A stretch of DNA of 64,000 nucleotides from a virus: positions 105,232 through 169,231 of the IMG/VR virus record IMGVR_UViG_3300048033_001096; one strand, written 5' to 3'. Each line of letters begins with the position of its first letter. The first letter of the stretch is position 1. Below the pieces are notes generated by a model. It worked only from the letters and a program-made list of their open reading frames with translations. It was not told the origin of the DNA and did no database searches. Both the position numbers and the translations under genes were made by a program. Of the stretch, positions 30,101 through 38,780 are shown piece by piece.

Positions 30101-33100
30101 AAGTAACAGTTAAAAGTAGAGATTCGTTACAGCTAGTTGGTGATGCAGGTTCTTTAGCAAGAGTAGAAGAATTATTAACTGATGTTTATAATTCTTTAGA
30201 AGATTTAGAAACTCAGCGCCCGTCATTAACTGTTATAGCAACTACGGATTCTACAAACGCACTTACTACAGATGCACCGCACGGATTAGTTGAAGGCAGT
30301 TTAATTAGCTTTACAGATACATTCCAAGATGTTGATACTTATTATGTTAAAGAGGTACTTAGCTCAACACAGCTAACAATTTCAACATACTTTGGCGGAC
30401 CAGTTGTAGAAGTATCAGATCAAGTAGACTTAATAATTACTGGATATTCGTTAAAAACAGCCAGTGTAGCTGAAACACCAGCTACACTTAAACAACAGTT
30501 TACAAACTTATCTGGTTCGATTGCAGCAATCAAAGGTGCAGTTACTGATTTTATTAATGATAAGTATCCTACACTTGATTACGATGTTGCAAAGTGTGAA
30601 AGAGACGTTGGATACATTGTTGAAGCAGTTGGAAGAGACATGATGTCTAATTCTAATTACTTAACTCAAATTGCATCTCAAGCATACTTTAGAGGAACTC
30701 AAGCTGATAAAGTTTTAGGCGATCAAAAAAATGCAACTGTACAATCTTATAGAGAGCTTAAAAATGTAATTGCAACATATATTAGTGGTGTTGACTTAGC
30801 TAAAAAGCGCACAAATGCATTAATGGATATTATTATTAATATGCTTGACAAAGGTAATGGCAATACTCCGGAAATTCACGGAACTGTTACATACTTTAAT
30901 GATAAAGAAACAATTAATGCTGTTGACATACTAAAAGCTAACAAAAACTTCTTAGCAAACGAAGCAACTGCTTGGATTACTGCATCATTTGGTGGTACAG
31001 TTACTGACATTGAAGGATCGCCGGGAACTATTAGATTTGCTAATGATCATAACTTAATTGTTGGTGACCCAATTGTATTTGATGATAATGCATTTGGTGA
31101 CTTAGTAGCAGGACAAACATACTATGTTGTAAATGTAACTGACACATCAGGAGTTGAAATTTCAGACGAGGTAGACGGCGAGGCACTGGTCCTTGACGTA
31201 GCTTCAGGGTCGAGCGTAGCATTATATGATTATGATCCTGCATTGTGTCGTAGAGACATGGAGCGTTATATTGAGGCTATTGTTTATGACTTACAATATC
31301 CAGGAAATCATAAATCTTGGAAAGCAGCAGAACTTTATTTAAATGCTGTTAATGGTTCAGAAAAATCAGATATGTATCATGTACGTAATGCAACTGGTGT
31401 TCGTAATCAAACTGTTAACGGGTTGCGCGGCAACTTAACAGAGCTTAATGATTTTGGTACAAGACGCCCAACAGCTGGTGCATATGTATCACTAGATCCT
31501 GGGTTTGGTCCAAATGATACTGAAGCCTGGGTAACTAATAAATCGTGTTATGTACAAAACGTATCAACATTTGGTGTAGGATGCGTAGGTTGTAAAATTG
31601 ACGGTGCTATCCATTCAGGCGGTAACAGATCAATTGTTAGTAACGACTTTACACAGATTCTAAGTGACGGTATTGGAGTATGGTGTAGTGGTAACAACTC
31701 ACTAACAGAGCTTGTTTCAGTATTCGCATATTATAACTATTCAGGTTACTTAGCAGACTTTGGCGGAAGAATTCGTGCAACAAATGGTAACAGTTCTTAC
31801 GGTACATACGGTGTTATTGCTGAAGGTACTGACACTGGTGAAGAACCAATTACAGCAACTATTGATAACCTTTCTCAAGATGCAATAATTTACGGTGTAC
31901 CAACTGACGGTGAAGAAGAAGTACTTGGTTTTGAATTTGCAAACGTGGGTACAGGATACACTAATGCCGAAGTTGCTATTAGCGGTACTGGATTTAATGC
32001 AGCCGTTAAAGTAGACGAGTTCCGTGACCGAGCTGTTGTTGAAACACGTATTATTGATCTAAACGACGGTAACGGAATTGGCGGCTCTGATTATATTACT
32101 GCACAAAACGTTGCACAGGGCGGCAGTGCTGTACACTTGCAACTCGCTGCAACTGATTTTGCTTTAAGTACTGCATATGTAGGAATGAATGCACAAATAA
32201 CAGCAGGTACAGGAGTTGGACAATATGCTAAAATATTAGCGTTTAACAACGGTACAAAAAATGCAACAGTTTATAAACCAAGCATTGATCCGTTTACAAT
32301 TACTGGAACAACTGCAAGTACTGATATTGTTACAATTACAGGAAATTACGAGCAACTTAGTGTAAACGACCCAGTTTATGTTGCTGAAGCAGTAGGTGGA
32401 CTTGATGCAGGTACAACTCCAAGTCGCGTTTACTATGTTATTACTAATAACTTAGACGGAACTATTCAGTTAAGTGACGAAGAAGGAGGAGCAGCAGTAA
32501 CGCTTACAACTACAGTAGGACAGTCTGTTAAACTGTATGTTGCAGGATGGGACAATGTTATTCCGGGCAAGTTGGCAGAAGTTGAATTAAACTTAACAAC
32601 AGGTTATACAATTGAACCTTCGGTTCATTATACAGAGCCAGGATTTACAACTAATTCTAGTACAACAGCAGATGCCATTGGTTTTGATAGAGTTGAATAT
32701 GCTCTTGGTAGATATGTAGCATTTCCAAATAATGGTACACAAACTAACTACTCACTAGACGGTAAGACTTGGATACAAGGTGGCGTACTACCAGCAACAG
32801 GCAATTGGAGTGCAAGTGCATACGGCGGAGGCGACGGCGCAATTGCAACTGCTATTGTTGGCGGACTAGGTGGTTCGGGTGCAGTACTTGAAGCAGAACT
32901 AGGTGAGATTAATAGTATTGGTCTTCCAGGACCAACACAGATTGCAAGAATAAATGTAATTAATGGCGGAACTGGATTTGTAACTGCACCAACTATTGTG
33001 TTTACTTCAGTCCAAGGCGGCGGCGGCGCAAGTGCTGTTGCAACTGTTAAAGACGGATCGATTCAAAGCATTATTATTACAAGTACAGGAGCTGGTTACG

Positions 33101-35352
33101 CAGCAGCACCAACAGTAACAGCAGAAACTGACAGAGTTACAGAAATTATTGTAAATGCTCGCGGTAGAGGATATTTAAGTGCTCCAACAGTGACACTTTC
33201 CGGCGGTGGCGCAAGCACACAAGCTCAAGTAACTGCTATTACAGAAAATCAAGGCGTAACAATTATTAGCATTGATGAAGATGAAGATAATAATCCTTTA
33301 AGAGGCAGCGGCTACACTAGTGCTCCAACAGTAACTATTACAGATACTGATGCAAAATGGGTAGCAATAGCACCGGGTTCTATTAACAATGCATATTTGT
33401 TGCAGTCAGATGCAGCTAATGCAGTTTGGACAGTTGGCAATCCTTTACCAAACTCAGGAATAGCAGATATTGCATATGGTAATGGTACGTGGACTGTAGT
33501 TGGCGGTGCAGGAGGCACAGGAAGTGCAGGAACGTCAACTGACGGTATTACTTGGGTGTCAAGAACTAATACAACACCAGCAGCTGGTGATTTTGTAAGT
33601 GTTGCATACGGAAGTACAAGGTTTGTTGCAATTAACGACAACGGATTTACATCGTATAGTTCCAATGGTATTACTTGGACTGCAGGCGGATCACTACCTG
33701 GTACAGAAACAGATTGGAAAAAAGTTGTTTACGGTAACGGTCGATTTGTTGCAATAAGCAGCAGCGGTGACCAAGCTATAAGTTATGACTTTGGTGAAAA
33801 CTGGTTTGCAGGATCAACATCTCTTGCTAATATTTCTAGTAATCCAAATGACTGGGAAACAGTAGAATACGGACAAGGTTTATTCCTTGCAAGTGGATCA
33901 TCTGGAGGAATTTTTGCAACTTCACAAGATGGTGTAATTTGGACAGATAGAACAATTGGAGGAACAGCAGGTTATGCAGGAATAGCATTTGGTAACACAT
34001 CAAATACTCCATTATGGGTAGCTGTAACAGGAAGTGGATCTAATGACGCAAGATGGATTGAAACTGGTGCTAGACCGAATGGTAGAACTTATGTTGACGA
34101 TGATAATATTGTACAGTTTACGTTAAGAGAACCAGGCTCAGGATTCCCCGAAGGTAACATTGTAAGTACAACAGCACCAAATACTATTGAAGTAGACACA
34201 ACATCAAACTTGTTTATTGGTCAACCAATTACATTTGACGGTAGTGATATTGATGCAGTTGGATTAGATTCAGAAGTTGTGTATTATATTTCCGACATAC
34301 CAACAAGTACTACTATTGAAGTATCGTTAATTAAAGGAAGTGATCCGTTTGACATTACATCGGTTAACGCAAATAATATTGGAACAATAATATTCCAAGC
34401 AGGCCCTTCTGTAACAATTGGAGATCCAAACGCAACTGTAGAAGTAGCAGTAAATCCAAGAATTAGAAGTGGAACATTAGCACAACCGTCATTTACTAAT
34501 AGAGGTGCAGGATATACTACTGCAACTGCTGAATTAGGCGGCGACGGTAATGCTGATTTGTATCAGCCAAGTACATTTATATCATTACGTGGATTATTTG
34601 AATTACCAGAGCCAGGCTCAAACGTTGTATTTGATAATATTCTAAACAGATGGTATAAATTGGTTACAATTAGTAATGTTATTGGACAACCGGGTGAATA
34701 CACAGCAACGTTCCAAATTAGTCCAGGACTTAATACACTTAATGCTCCTAAGGACGGAACTAAAATTACAACTACTAACAAATATTCGCAAGTACGCCTA
34801 ACAGGACATGACTTCTTGTATATTGGTACAGGCAACCAAGCTAAAACAAACTATCCGTTTGTTGATATTACAACAGCAAGTATTGATAGACAACAGTTAA
34901 GCAGTGGCGGCGGACGAGTATTCTTTACAAGTACTGACCAAGATGGTAACTTTAACGTTGGTGGCTTGTTTGGAGTCCAACAGTCCACAGGTACTGCGAC
35001 ATTGGATGCTGATGCATTTAACTTAGCAGGATTGCAGTCATTGCAACTTGGTGGTATTGCTGTTGGTATTGGATCGGCTATTATTACACAGTTTAGTACA
35101 GACCCGTTCTTTACTGAAAATAGTGATAGTATTGTTCCAACACAACGTGCTATTAAGAGTTATATTACAGCACAGATTGGTGGTGGTCAGTCAAGTCTAA
35201 ACGTTAACACATTAACAGCAGGTGTTGTGTTTATTGCAAATGACGAAATTACTACAACAAGCGGCGGACAGCTAAATATTAAAGCGAAAATGAATTTTAC
35301 AGGTGGTATTGACGGAGCTCCAGTAGCACTTGGATACTTCTTATCTAGATAA
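24106..35352 (+). CDS. Giant virion protein B2 (paralog of B1) with tandem phycobiliprotein-like helical repeats
   Basis: GATAAATA at 24073; MAEFKLGRIRFVWQGDW resembles B1; CBM-like repeats; 8 CxRD..Y..DA..YDL repeats; propeller; shared C-terminal domain. Confidence 0.7.
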   Translation: MAEFKLGRIRFVWQGDWSADRTYVADDVVSFGGKSYICIRNHTSTASFQNDFDSEIKKWDIVSDGTAWQGDWEPEFSYAPGDVVRYGAIVYIAETGHVSATFESPDFLGLEADLDKWTPFATSFDWKSDWETATRYKINDLVRYGGFVYLCNTAHVSAATVALGLENDQGKWTLFSDGLVYLGEWVTENRYRLNDVVKYGGNVFICTTPHTSNDFISDEVNWDVFIEGFQFEDSWNNSTVYQIGDTITYGGYVYVAKTNNTNAQPTASPDDWEVFTTGFAFQGDWSSLDSYKVGDVVRLGGNTYVGIADSLDQEPPNDTYWSRLNSGINWTRSVESFSQVAGTNAAGQSGSGARFDVVKSNTVYTVSVSTGFTGTGYAENDVITLSGADVGGTTPANDIVVTVTGVTAGAVDSITHTGFSSSWIAGKDYHVGDVVIYGASSFICVTKNTSETDNRPDNDTEAVYWNILTIGSEALSLEVSGDMVYYGNNGPTRLPIGVDGQILRATDGFPEWANYGLIDNVVYVGPLGTDIPAPESGLTIDKPFASVRYALDQIRNGYLNPKTRDVLRNNKQFLIKEASEWVKYNYNVQITASASGTRTFTCNSTENLRDGIPFVFSGDVFGGVTAGTTYYIDAIISSTEFRISDTQGGISIILTDDTGTMEGNASVNFDNLEADCARIVDGIIYDVSRGGTLKTTTATNLYYVNTYTFSVESNNYVSQEVQEQKTINQEVYTKLKDIIDDVVNNRHPVNYQALNDISVEDRAQQVLDLDLVAEDRGKEKAGDLLDIVVNGIVAGSNTAIALPVLPNTTVFIKTGTYNEVLPMILPEYTAVVGDELRTSVVQPRPAIAKLANDKNKTTSALNRIKDLAPKVIQNIEVEKTAGNTAIQQYVNGYGGTTTTTNRLNNGIEKLSDILEKGLTEVDLLPNVGPVPTSGSNNASDSGFANAIAQIEANVDFIVAEQTAWIQAQVDGEIAPFASDFTFDTANCERDTRYILDALRYDLTYGGNLETTVAARSYFVDGNPVYGTGKKEETLATYAHLKLIVSDIIIEAAITPTVGNDVTQNTDGDAGSAAAETFADTRIQEIYDTIDTDGTLPTPVLPDTSWVDGVVSSVVSDFVAVKADIQSGAIEWVNENYPTLDYNQTKCERDVGYFVDALEYDILFGSTFRSTKAGMSYRRAISSAEVVIDSQLEPTIGTVDYTRDRIKYYTTRTAKVDESTDLILDILENGSGSIPSSYTYTDPAGYDTGFLNARRLISVNKDFIVSEIDAFMTDNYGAFWVALDSDSKAQWLEDLDEQVEALKYDLTYRGNLATIIQSRLYYDLQGAFVRGANEKTESLAAQQRLIDIISDIALGTLITKSTSNADTQDNTGTAGSAGAAAFAQDRAQEIYESADSGLEPALISPSTAWTDAALQDLKTVLDSRSETIQLAATDYIDFLYPTLDYDTSLCQRDVGYMIDGIGYDVIFDSNYLTVQNAIAYRRGTVSTELVLSSQLQETLSTIRFVNSTLTEITKGVVSDTGTRAAGDAAFKLVKDMNTIIQNGLEALPPISYPTAPGYNTADFADTAYATTSNTTGATTTYGDAADQIVANYEFIQDEVRKWLEDSNNGYDVIWGSITPDGQDRCIRDVGYILDAVRYDLTYGGNTQSLIAGSAYYSNFVLTISAAELPATLAAYARLKEVVEEVIAETTVTTSPGVTEVQDTSGTPGNTSSIEFAGDRIDDVLDYINNANPNDTIEIANSWQQKGITKSYNRIKNRKDEIVEDVVFYVEKFHQELQYNQDTCRRDAALMVDAIARDLYTGSNFATTKAGMSYYRLIASALEVVNNELYATVNSVEFLAQKIRKVATVSANASIDLLITDITSFINGGKVPINKWVIADDSDTADVAAASIIWENKAYIVAEVIAFLDDAYPELTYNKDKCRRDTGMLVDAVRYDLTYGSNYATQKFAEFYYQKNFNEEFEIVISTDEKAATLAAYDYAKQILTGLAVNDITSPGAIQNKVTVKSRDSLQLVGDAGSLARVEELLTDVYNSLEDLETQRPSLTVIATTDSTNALTTDAPHGLVEGSLISFTDTFQDVDTYYVKEVLSSTQLTISTYFGGPVVEVSDQVDLIITGYSLKTASVAETPATLKQQFTNLSGSIAAIKGAVTDFINDKYPTLDYDVAKCERDVGYIVEAVGRDMMSNSNYLTQIASQAYFRGTQADKVLGDQKNATVQSYRELKNVIATYISGVDLAKKRTNALMDIIINMLDKGNGNTPEIHGTVTYFNDKETINAVDILKANKNFLANEATAWITASFGGTVTDIEGSPGTIRFANDHNLIVGDPIVFDDNAFGDLVAGQTYYVVNVTDTSGVEISDEVDGEALVLDVASGSSVALYDYDPALCRRDMERYIEAIVYDLQYPGNHKSWKAAELYLNAVNGSEKSDMYHVRNATGVRNQTVNGLRGNLTELNDFGTRRPTAGAYVSLDPGFGPNDTEAWVTNKSCYVQNVSTFGVGCVGCKIDGAIHSGGNRSIVSNDFTQILSDGIGVWCSGNNSLTELVSVFAYYNYSGYLADFGGRIRATNGNSSYGTYGVIAEGTDTGEEPITATIDNLSQDAIIYGVPTDGEEEVLGFEFANVGTGYTNAEVAISGTGFNAAVKVDEFRDRAVVETRIIDLNDGNGIGGSDYITAQNVAQGGSAVHLQLAATDFALSTAYVGMNAQITAGTGVGQYAKILAFNNGTKNATVYKPSIDPFTITGTTASTDIVTITGNYEQLSVNDPVYVAEAVGGLDAGTTPSRVYYVITNNLDGTIQLSDEEGGAAVTLTTTVGQSVKLYVAGWDNVIPGKLAEVELNLTTGYTIEPSVHYTEPGFTTNSSTTADAIGFDRVEYALGRYVAFPNNGTQTNYSLDGKTWIQGGVLPATGNWSASAYGGGDGAIATAIVGGLGGSGAVLEAELGEINSIGLPGPTQIARINVINGGTGFVTAPTIVFTSVQGGGGASAVATVKDGSIQSIIITSTGAGYAAAPTVTAETDRVTEIIVNARGRGYLSAPTVTLSGGGASTQAQVTAITENQGVTIISIDEDEDNNPLRGSGYTSAPTVTITDTDAKWVAIAPGSINNAYLLQSDAANAVWTVGNPLPNSGIADIAYGNGTWTVVGGAGGTGSAGTSTDGITWVSRTNTTPAAGDFVSVAYGSTRFVAINDNGFTSYSSNGITWTAGGSLPGTETDWKKVVYGNGRFVAISSSGDQAISYDFGENWFAGSTSLANISSNPNDWETVEYGQGLFLASGSSGGIFATSQDGVIWTDRTIGGTAGYAGIAFGNTSNTPLWVAVTGSGSNDARWIETGARPNGRTYVDDDNIVQFTLREPGSGFPEGNIVSTTAPNTIEVDTTSNLFIGQPITFDGSDIDAVGLDSEVVYYISDIPTSTTIEVSLIKGSDPFDITSVNANNIGTIIFQAGPSVTIGDPNATVEVAVNPRIRSGTLAQPSFTNRGAGYTTATAELGGDGNADLYQPSTFISLRGLFELPEPGSNVVFDNILNRWYKLVTISNVIGQPGEYTATFQISPGLNTLNAPKDGTKITTTNKYSQVRLTGHDFLYIGTGNQAKTNYPFVDITTASIDRQQLSSGGGRVFFTSTDQDGNFNVGGLFGVQQSTGTATLDADAFNLAGLQSLQLGGIAVGIGSAIITQFSTDPFFTENSDSIVPTQRAIKSYITAQIGGGQSSLNVNTLTAGVVFIANDEITTTSGGQLNIKAKMNFTGGIDGAPVALGYFLSR

Positions 35353-35369
35353 AAGGACGGAGATAAAAA

Positions 35370-35690
35370 ATGGCAACAGGAAGACTAGGAGTACAAGACT
35401 TAACGGCAGATACAGATACCACTGTATATACTGTTCCAGTCGGTACATATGCAGTAGCAAACGTTTCTATTACTAATAGAAATGAAGCAGCGATTTCGAT
35501 GAAATTGGCAATGGCAACAACAGGCATACCTACAGACGAAGAATGGGTCGAATGGAATACAATTATTATTCCAAACGGTGTTTTTGAACGTACAGGGTTA
35601 GTTATGCAAGGCGGGCTAAATATAGTAGTAAATACTAATGCAAGCAATGTTGGAGTAACAGTCTATGGCATCGAAACATCAACAACGTAA
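35370..35690 (+). CDS. Small beta-rich virion protein (paralog family)
   Basis: TVYTVP...NVSITN...IPNGVFERTGLVM..G..IVV...VYGIE. Confidence 0.55.
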   Translation: MATGRLGVQDLTADTDTTVYTVPVGTYAVANVSITNRNEAAISMKLAMATTGIPTDEEWVEWNTIIIPNGVFERTGLVMQGGLNIVVNTNASNVGVTVYGIETSTT

Positions 35691-35708
35691 TCGATAGGGG
35701 AATAAAGA

Positions 35709-37916
35709 ATGGCACGTTATAATACAGCACCACAAACACTGGAAGTAGATGGCGAAACTGAATTCACCTATGCGTTTACAGGTGGAATTATTAGTTTAAC
35801 TGGAACACCAGGGTATACTGTTACAATGGTAAGTCCGGTGTTCTTCCCAGGCAGTAGACAAACATTTTATAATGCTACTGCTGACATGATTACTATATCT
35901 ACATCAGCAGGACAAATTACAGGTAACGGTGTAACACTTGGATCGTCAGTAGATATTCCAACAAACTCTACATACCAATTAACTTCAGATGGTGCAAACT
36001 ACGTACTGACAAGTGCGTTAGCAGGTACTACAGTATTTGAATTACCAGTTACATTTAATGATGTACTAAATGCAGATGGCCCAGTAGAACTTAACCCAGC
36101 AGACCAAGATGTACAATTAAAACCTACAGGCACAGGTACAGTTGACATTAGTCCACAATCCTCCGTTTCAATTCAGCCAGGTGGACAAGCAACTATTCGA
36201 CCTTCAGGTAACTTAACATTAAGTTCGTCTACAGGAACACTTTCGATAGGTGATGCAGGAAAAGAAACAGCATTTCCGGGTAATATTTCTTTTACAACAA
36301 ATGGTCAAACAGTTACACTATCACCTACAGGGGCAACTAGCGCAGTTACCATTGATCCAGAAGGACCAGTTGTAATTGGCTCAGGTGATACTGTATCTAT
36401 TAGTTCGGACAGTGCAGGAACTATTGATGGATTAAATATTGGCGCAACTACTCCGGGTACAGGTAGATTTACTACATTATCAGCAAGTGGAAATACTACT
36501 TTTAGTTCTTCAACAGCAAGCTCAGGAACAGGTAGCGGAGCTGTAGTTGTTACAGGTGGAGTTGGCATTGGTGGTGCATTATATGCAGGGTCAATTGACG
36601 GCACACCAATTGGCGGAACTACAAAAGCAGCAGGCGGATTTACAACATTAACTGCAAGTGATGCAGTAACGTTTACAAAAAATACAGCATCAACTAATAC
36701 TACAAGCGGTACACTGGTCATAACAGGCGGCTTAGGTGTAAGCGGAGCACTTTATTCAGGTAGCTTTCAAGGTCCAATTGGTAACGTAAGCAGTAACACC
36801 GGCACATTTACAAGCGTTAATGCAAGTGGTGTTGTTGATATTACAGGAACAGGCGATGCAACAAATGCAACAGGCGACACAGGTCAATTGCGTTGTGAAG
36901 GCGGTGCAAGTATTGCTAAACGTGTTTACTCAGGAGGCGGCTTTGTAGGTGCAATTGGTAACATATCAAGAAGCACAGGTGCATTTACTACACTAACTGC
37001 AAACGACACAGTTACATTTAGTCCGTCAAATAAAAATGTTACACTATCGCCAACAGGAACAGGTACAGTTACAATTTCACCTGCAGGGTCTTTAACACTA
37101 AATCCAGGCAGTGGTACAATTAACAATATGTCAATTGGTGCTAGTAGTGCAAGCTCAGGTAGTTTTACATCTTTAAGTGCAAGTGGTAATTTTAGTTACA
37201 ACGGTAATGGTACACTAGGTAATGCTACAAGTGATACACATACCATGAATGGCATATTAAATATTAATAGAGGCCTTATTAACTTATACGGTACTGCTAA
37301 TCCAAGTATTACATTTAACGGATCAAGTGACGCAGGCGTTGATGCAGAAATTAGAGCAACTCCTGAAGGATTAGACTTTAGAGAGCCAGAAGATTCAAAT
37401 AAAATTTGGTTCCAAATTAAAGATGACACGGGCTGTAACATAAATGTTGGGTCATTCCAAATGGCAGGCTCAGATGTTATTGACTCATCTAAGAATATGA
37501 CAAGTATACGTTGTATTGGTGTTAACACAGCTGATCCAAACGTTGCAGGACGTATTACTGCTACTGAAAACATTATTTCAAACACGTCAGATAAAAGACT
37601 TAAGACAAATGTTAAAAACATCGATAGTGCATTGGATAAAGTTATGTCACTTAATGGTATAACATATAACTGGAACGAAACAGCAATTGCAGCCGGCTTT
37701 AACGCTGAAGTTGAAGAAGTAGGTTTAATTGCTCAAGAAGTACAAGCAATTCTTCCACAAGTAATACATGATGCACCTTTTGATAGGGGCGAAGAAGGTG
37801 AAAGTATTTCAGGCGAAAATTATATAACGCTGCAATACGAAAGAATTGTACCTTTATTAGTTGAAGCAATTAAAGAATTAAAAGAACAAATAAATACATT
37901 AAAGGGAGACAAATAA
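35709..37916 (+). CDS. Tail fibre with C-terminal intramolecular chaperone (Peptidase S74)
   Basis: Ser/Thr/Gly-rich G.FTTL.A repeats; SDKRLKTNV...GLIAQEVQ..LP..V...Y..IVPLLVEAIKEL starting near 37587. Confidence 0.85.
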   Translation: MARYNTAPQTLEVDGETEFTYAFTGGIISLTGTPGYTVTMVSPVFFPGSRQTFYNATADMITISTSAGQITGNGVTLGSSVDIPTNSTYQLTSDGANYVLTSALAGTTVFELPVTFNDVLNADGPVELNPADQDVQLKPTGTGTVDISPQSSVSIQPGGQATIRPSGNLTLSSSTGTLSIGDAGKETAFPGNISFTTNGQTVTLSPTGATSAVTIDPEGPVVIGSGDTVSISSDSAGTIDGLNIGATTPGTGRFTTLSASGNTTFSSSTASSGTGSGAVVVTGGVGIGGALYAGSIDGTPIGGTTKAAGGFTTLTASDAVTFTKNTASTNTTSGTLVITGGLGVSGALYSGSFQGPIGNVSSNTGTFTSVNASGVVDITGTGDATNATGDTGQLRCEGGASIAKRVYSGGGFVGAIGNISRSTGAFTTLTANDTVTFSPSNKNVTLSPTGTGTVTISPAGSLTLNPGSGTINNMSIGASSASSGSFTSLSASGNFSYNGNGTLGNATSDTHTMNGILNINRGLINLYGTANPSITFNGSSDAGVDAEIRATPEGLDFREPEDSNKIWFQIKDDTGCNINVGSFQMAGSDVIDSSKNMTSIRCIGVNTADPNVAGRITATENIISNTSDKRLKTNVKNIDSALDKVMSLNGITYNWNETAIAAGFNAEVEEVGLIAQEVQAILPQVIHDAPFDRGEEGESISGENYITLQYERIVPLLVEAIKELKEQINTLKGDK

Positions 37917-38780
37917 ATGGCTACTTGTTTATATGTAGATGGTATTAGGTTCCCAAACGGAACTTGCCAAAGAACACAAGGCGTCACATCGGGCGGAATG
38001 TTTCAGTGCTATAACACATGTATGGTGTGTTGCGGACCACACAGATGTAGATCACACTGCGGACGTTGTGGTACTTGGACTGCACCAACATGTGCTTCAG
38101 AAATAAAATTTGAAGTATGGAGCGGCGGCGGCAGTGGCGCTGGATTTTGTTGTAGAAACTGTTTTTGCGACATTGCTAGTTGTGGTGCGTTAAGCGGTTA
38201 TTATGGCACAAAAACTATTAGACGAATTGACGGACAGTTTGTACCGGGATGTACTTATAACTTCTGTGTAGGTGCAGGCGGTAACGGGACAACAAACAAC
38301 GGATGTGGTTGTTTTACTGCATGTTGTGATGCGCCAAGGGGTTGCACATCATGGGTTAGTGGTTCAGGATTATGTTGTACGTGTATGACAGGTGGCCGAG
38401 GTGGATATAATATCTATTGTGTATGTTACTGTATTAACCAAGGTAACAGAACAGACGGCATGTGTAACAACGGACTGTGTATTGGTTGTAAATGGGATTT
38501 CGTTGACTTAGGTAACGAACCTTATTTTAATAGATATCGATCAAATGTTAACTGTGCATCACGTTCGTCTGGTATTTCTGAATCTTGGGGTATAAAAAAC
38601 GGACATATGCATTCGATGCAAACAGGTACTAAGTACTGTGGTTGTACAAATTGCTGTAGAGGATTTAGACAAATTGCTAAAGCAGGATCTAACTTAATTA
38701 AAGCGGTATGCGGCCAAGACTTAGGAAACTGTCGTGGAACACCTGGTAACCCTGGATTAGTAAGAATTACTTGGAGATAA
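37917..38780 (+). CDS. Cys-rich, Gly-rich adhesin-like protein (T-even gp38-like position)
   Basis: W.AP...IKFEVWSGGGSG, CVGAGG and G.PGLVRITW Gly-rich domain signature; 38 Cys in 287 aa; internal ATAAATA at 37890. Confidence 0.6.
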   Translation: MATCLYVDGIRFPNGTCQRTQGVTSGGMFQCYNTCMVCCGPHRCRSHCGRCGTWTAPTCASEIKFEVWSGGGSGAGFCCRNCFCDIASCGALSGYYGTKTIRRIDGQFVPGCTYNFCVGAGGNGTTNNGCGCFTACCDAPRGCTSWVSGSGLCCTCMTGGRGGYNIYCVCYCINQGNRTDGMCNNGLCIGCKWDFVDLGNEPYFNRYRSNVNCASRSSGISESWGIKNGHMHSMQTGTKYCGCTNCCRGFRQIAKAGSNLIKAVCGQDLGNCRGTPGNPGLVRITWR

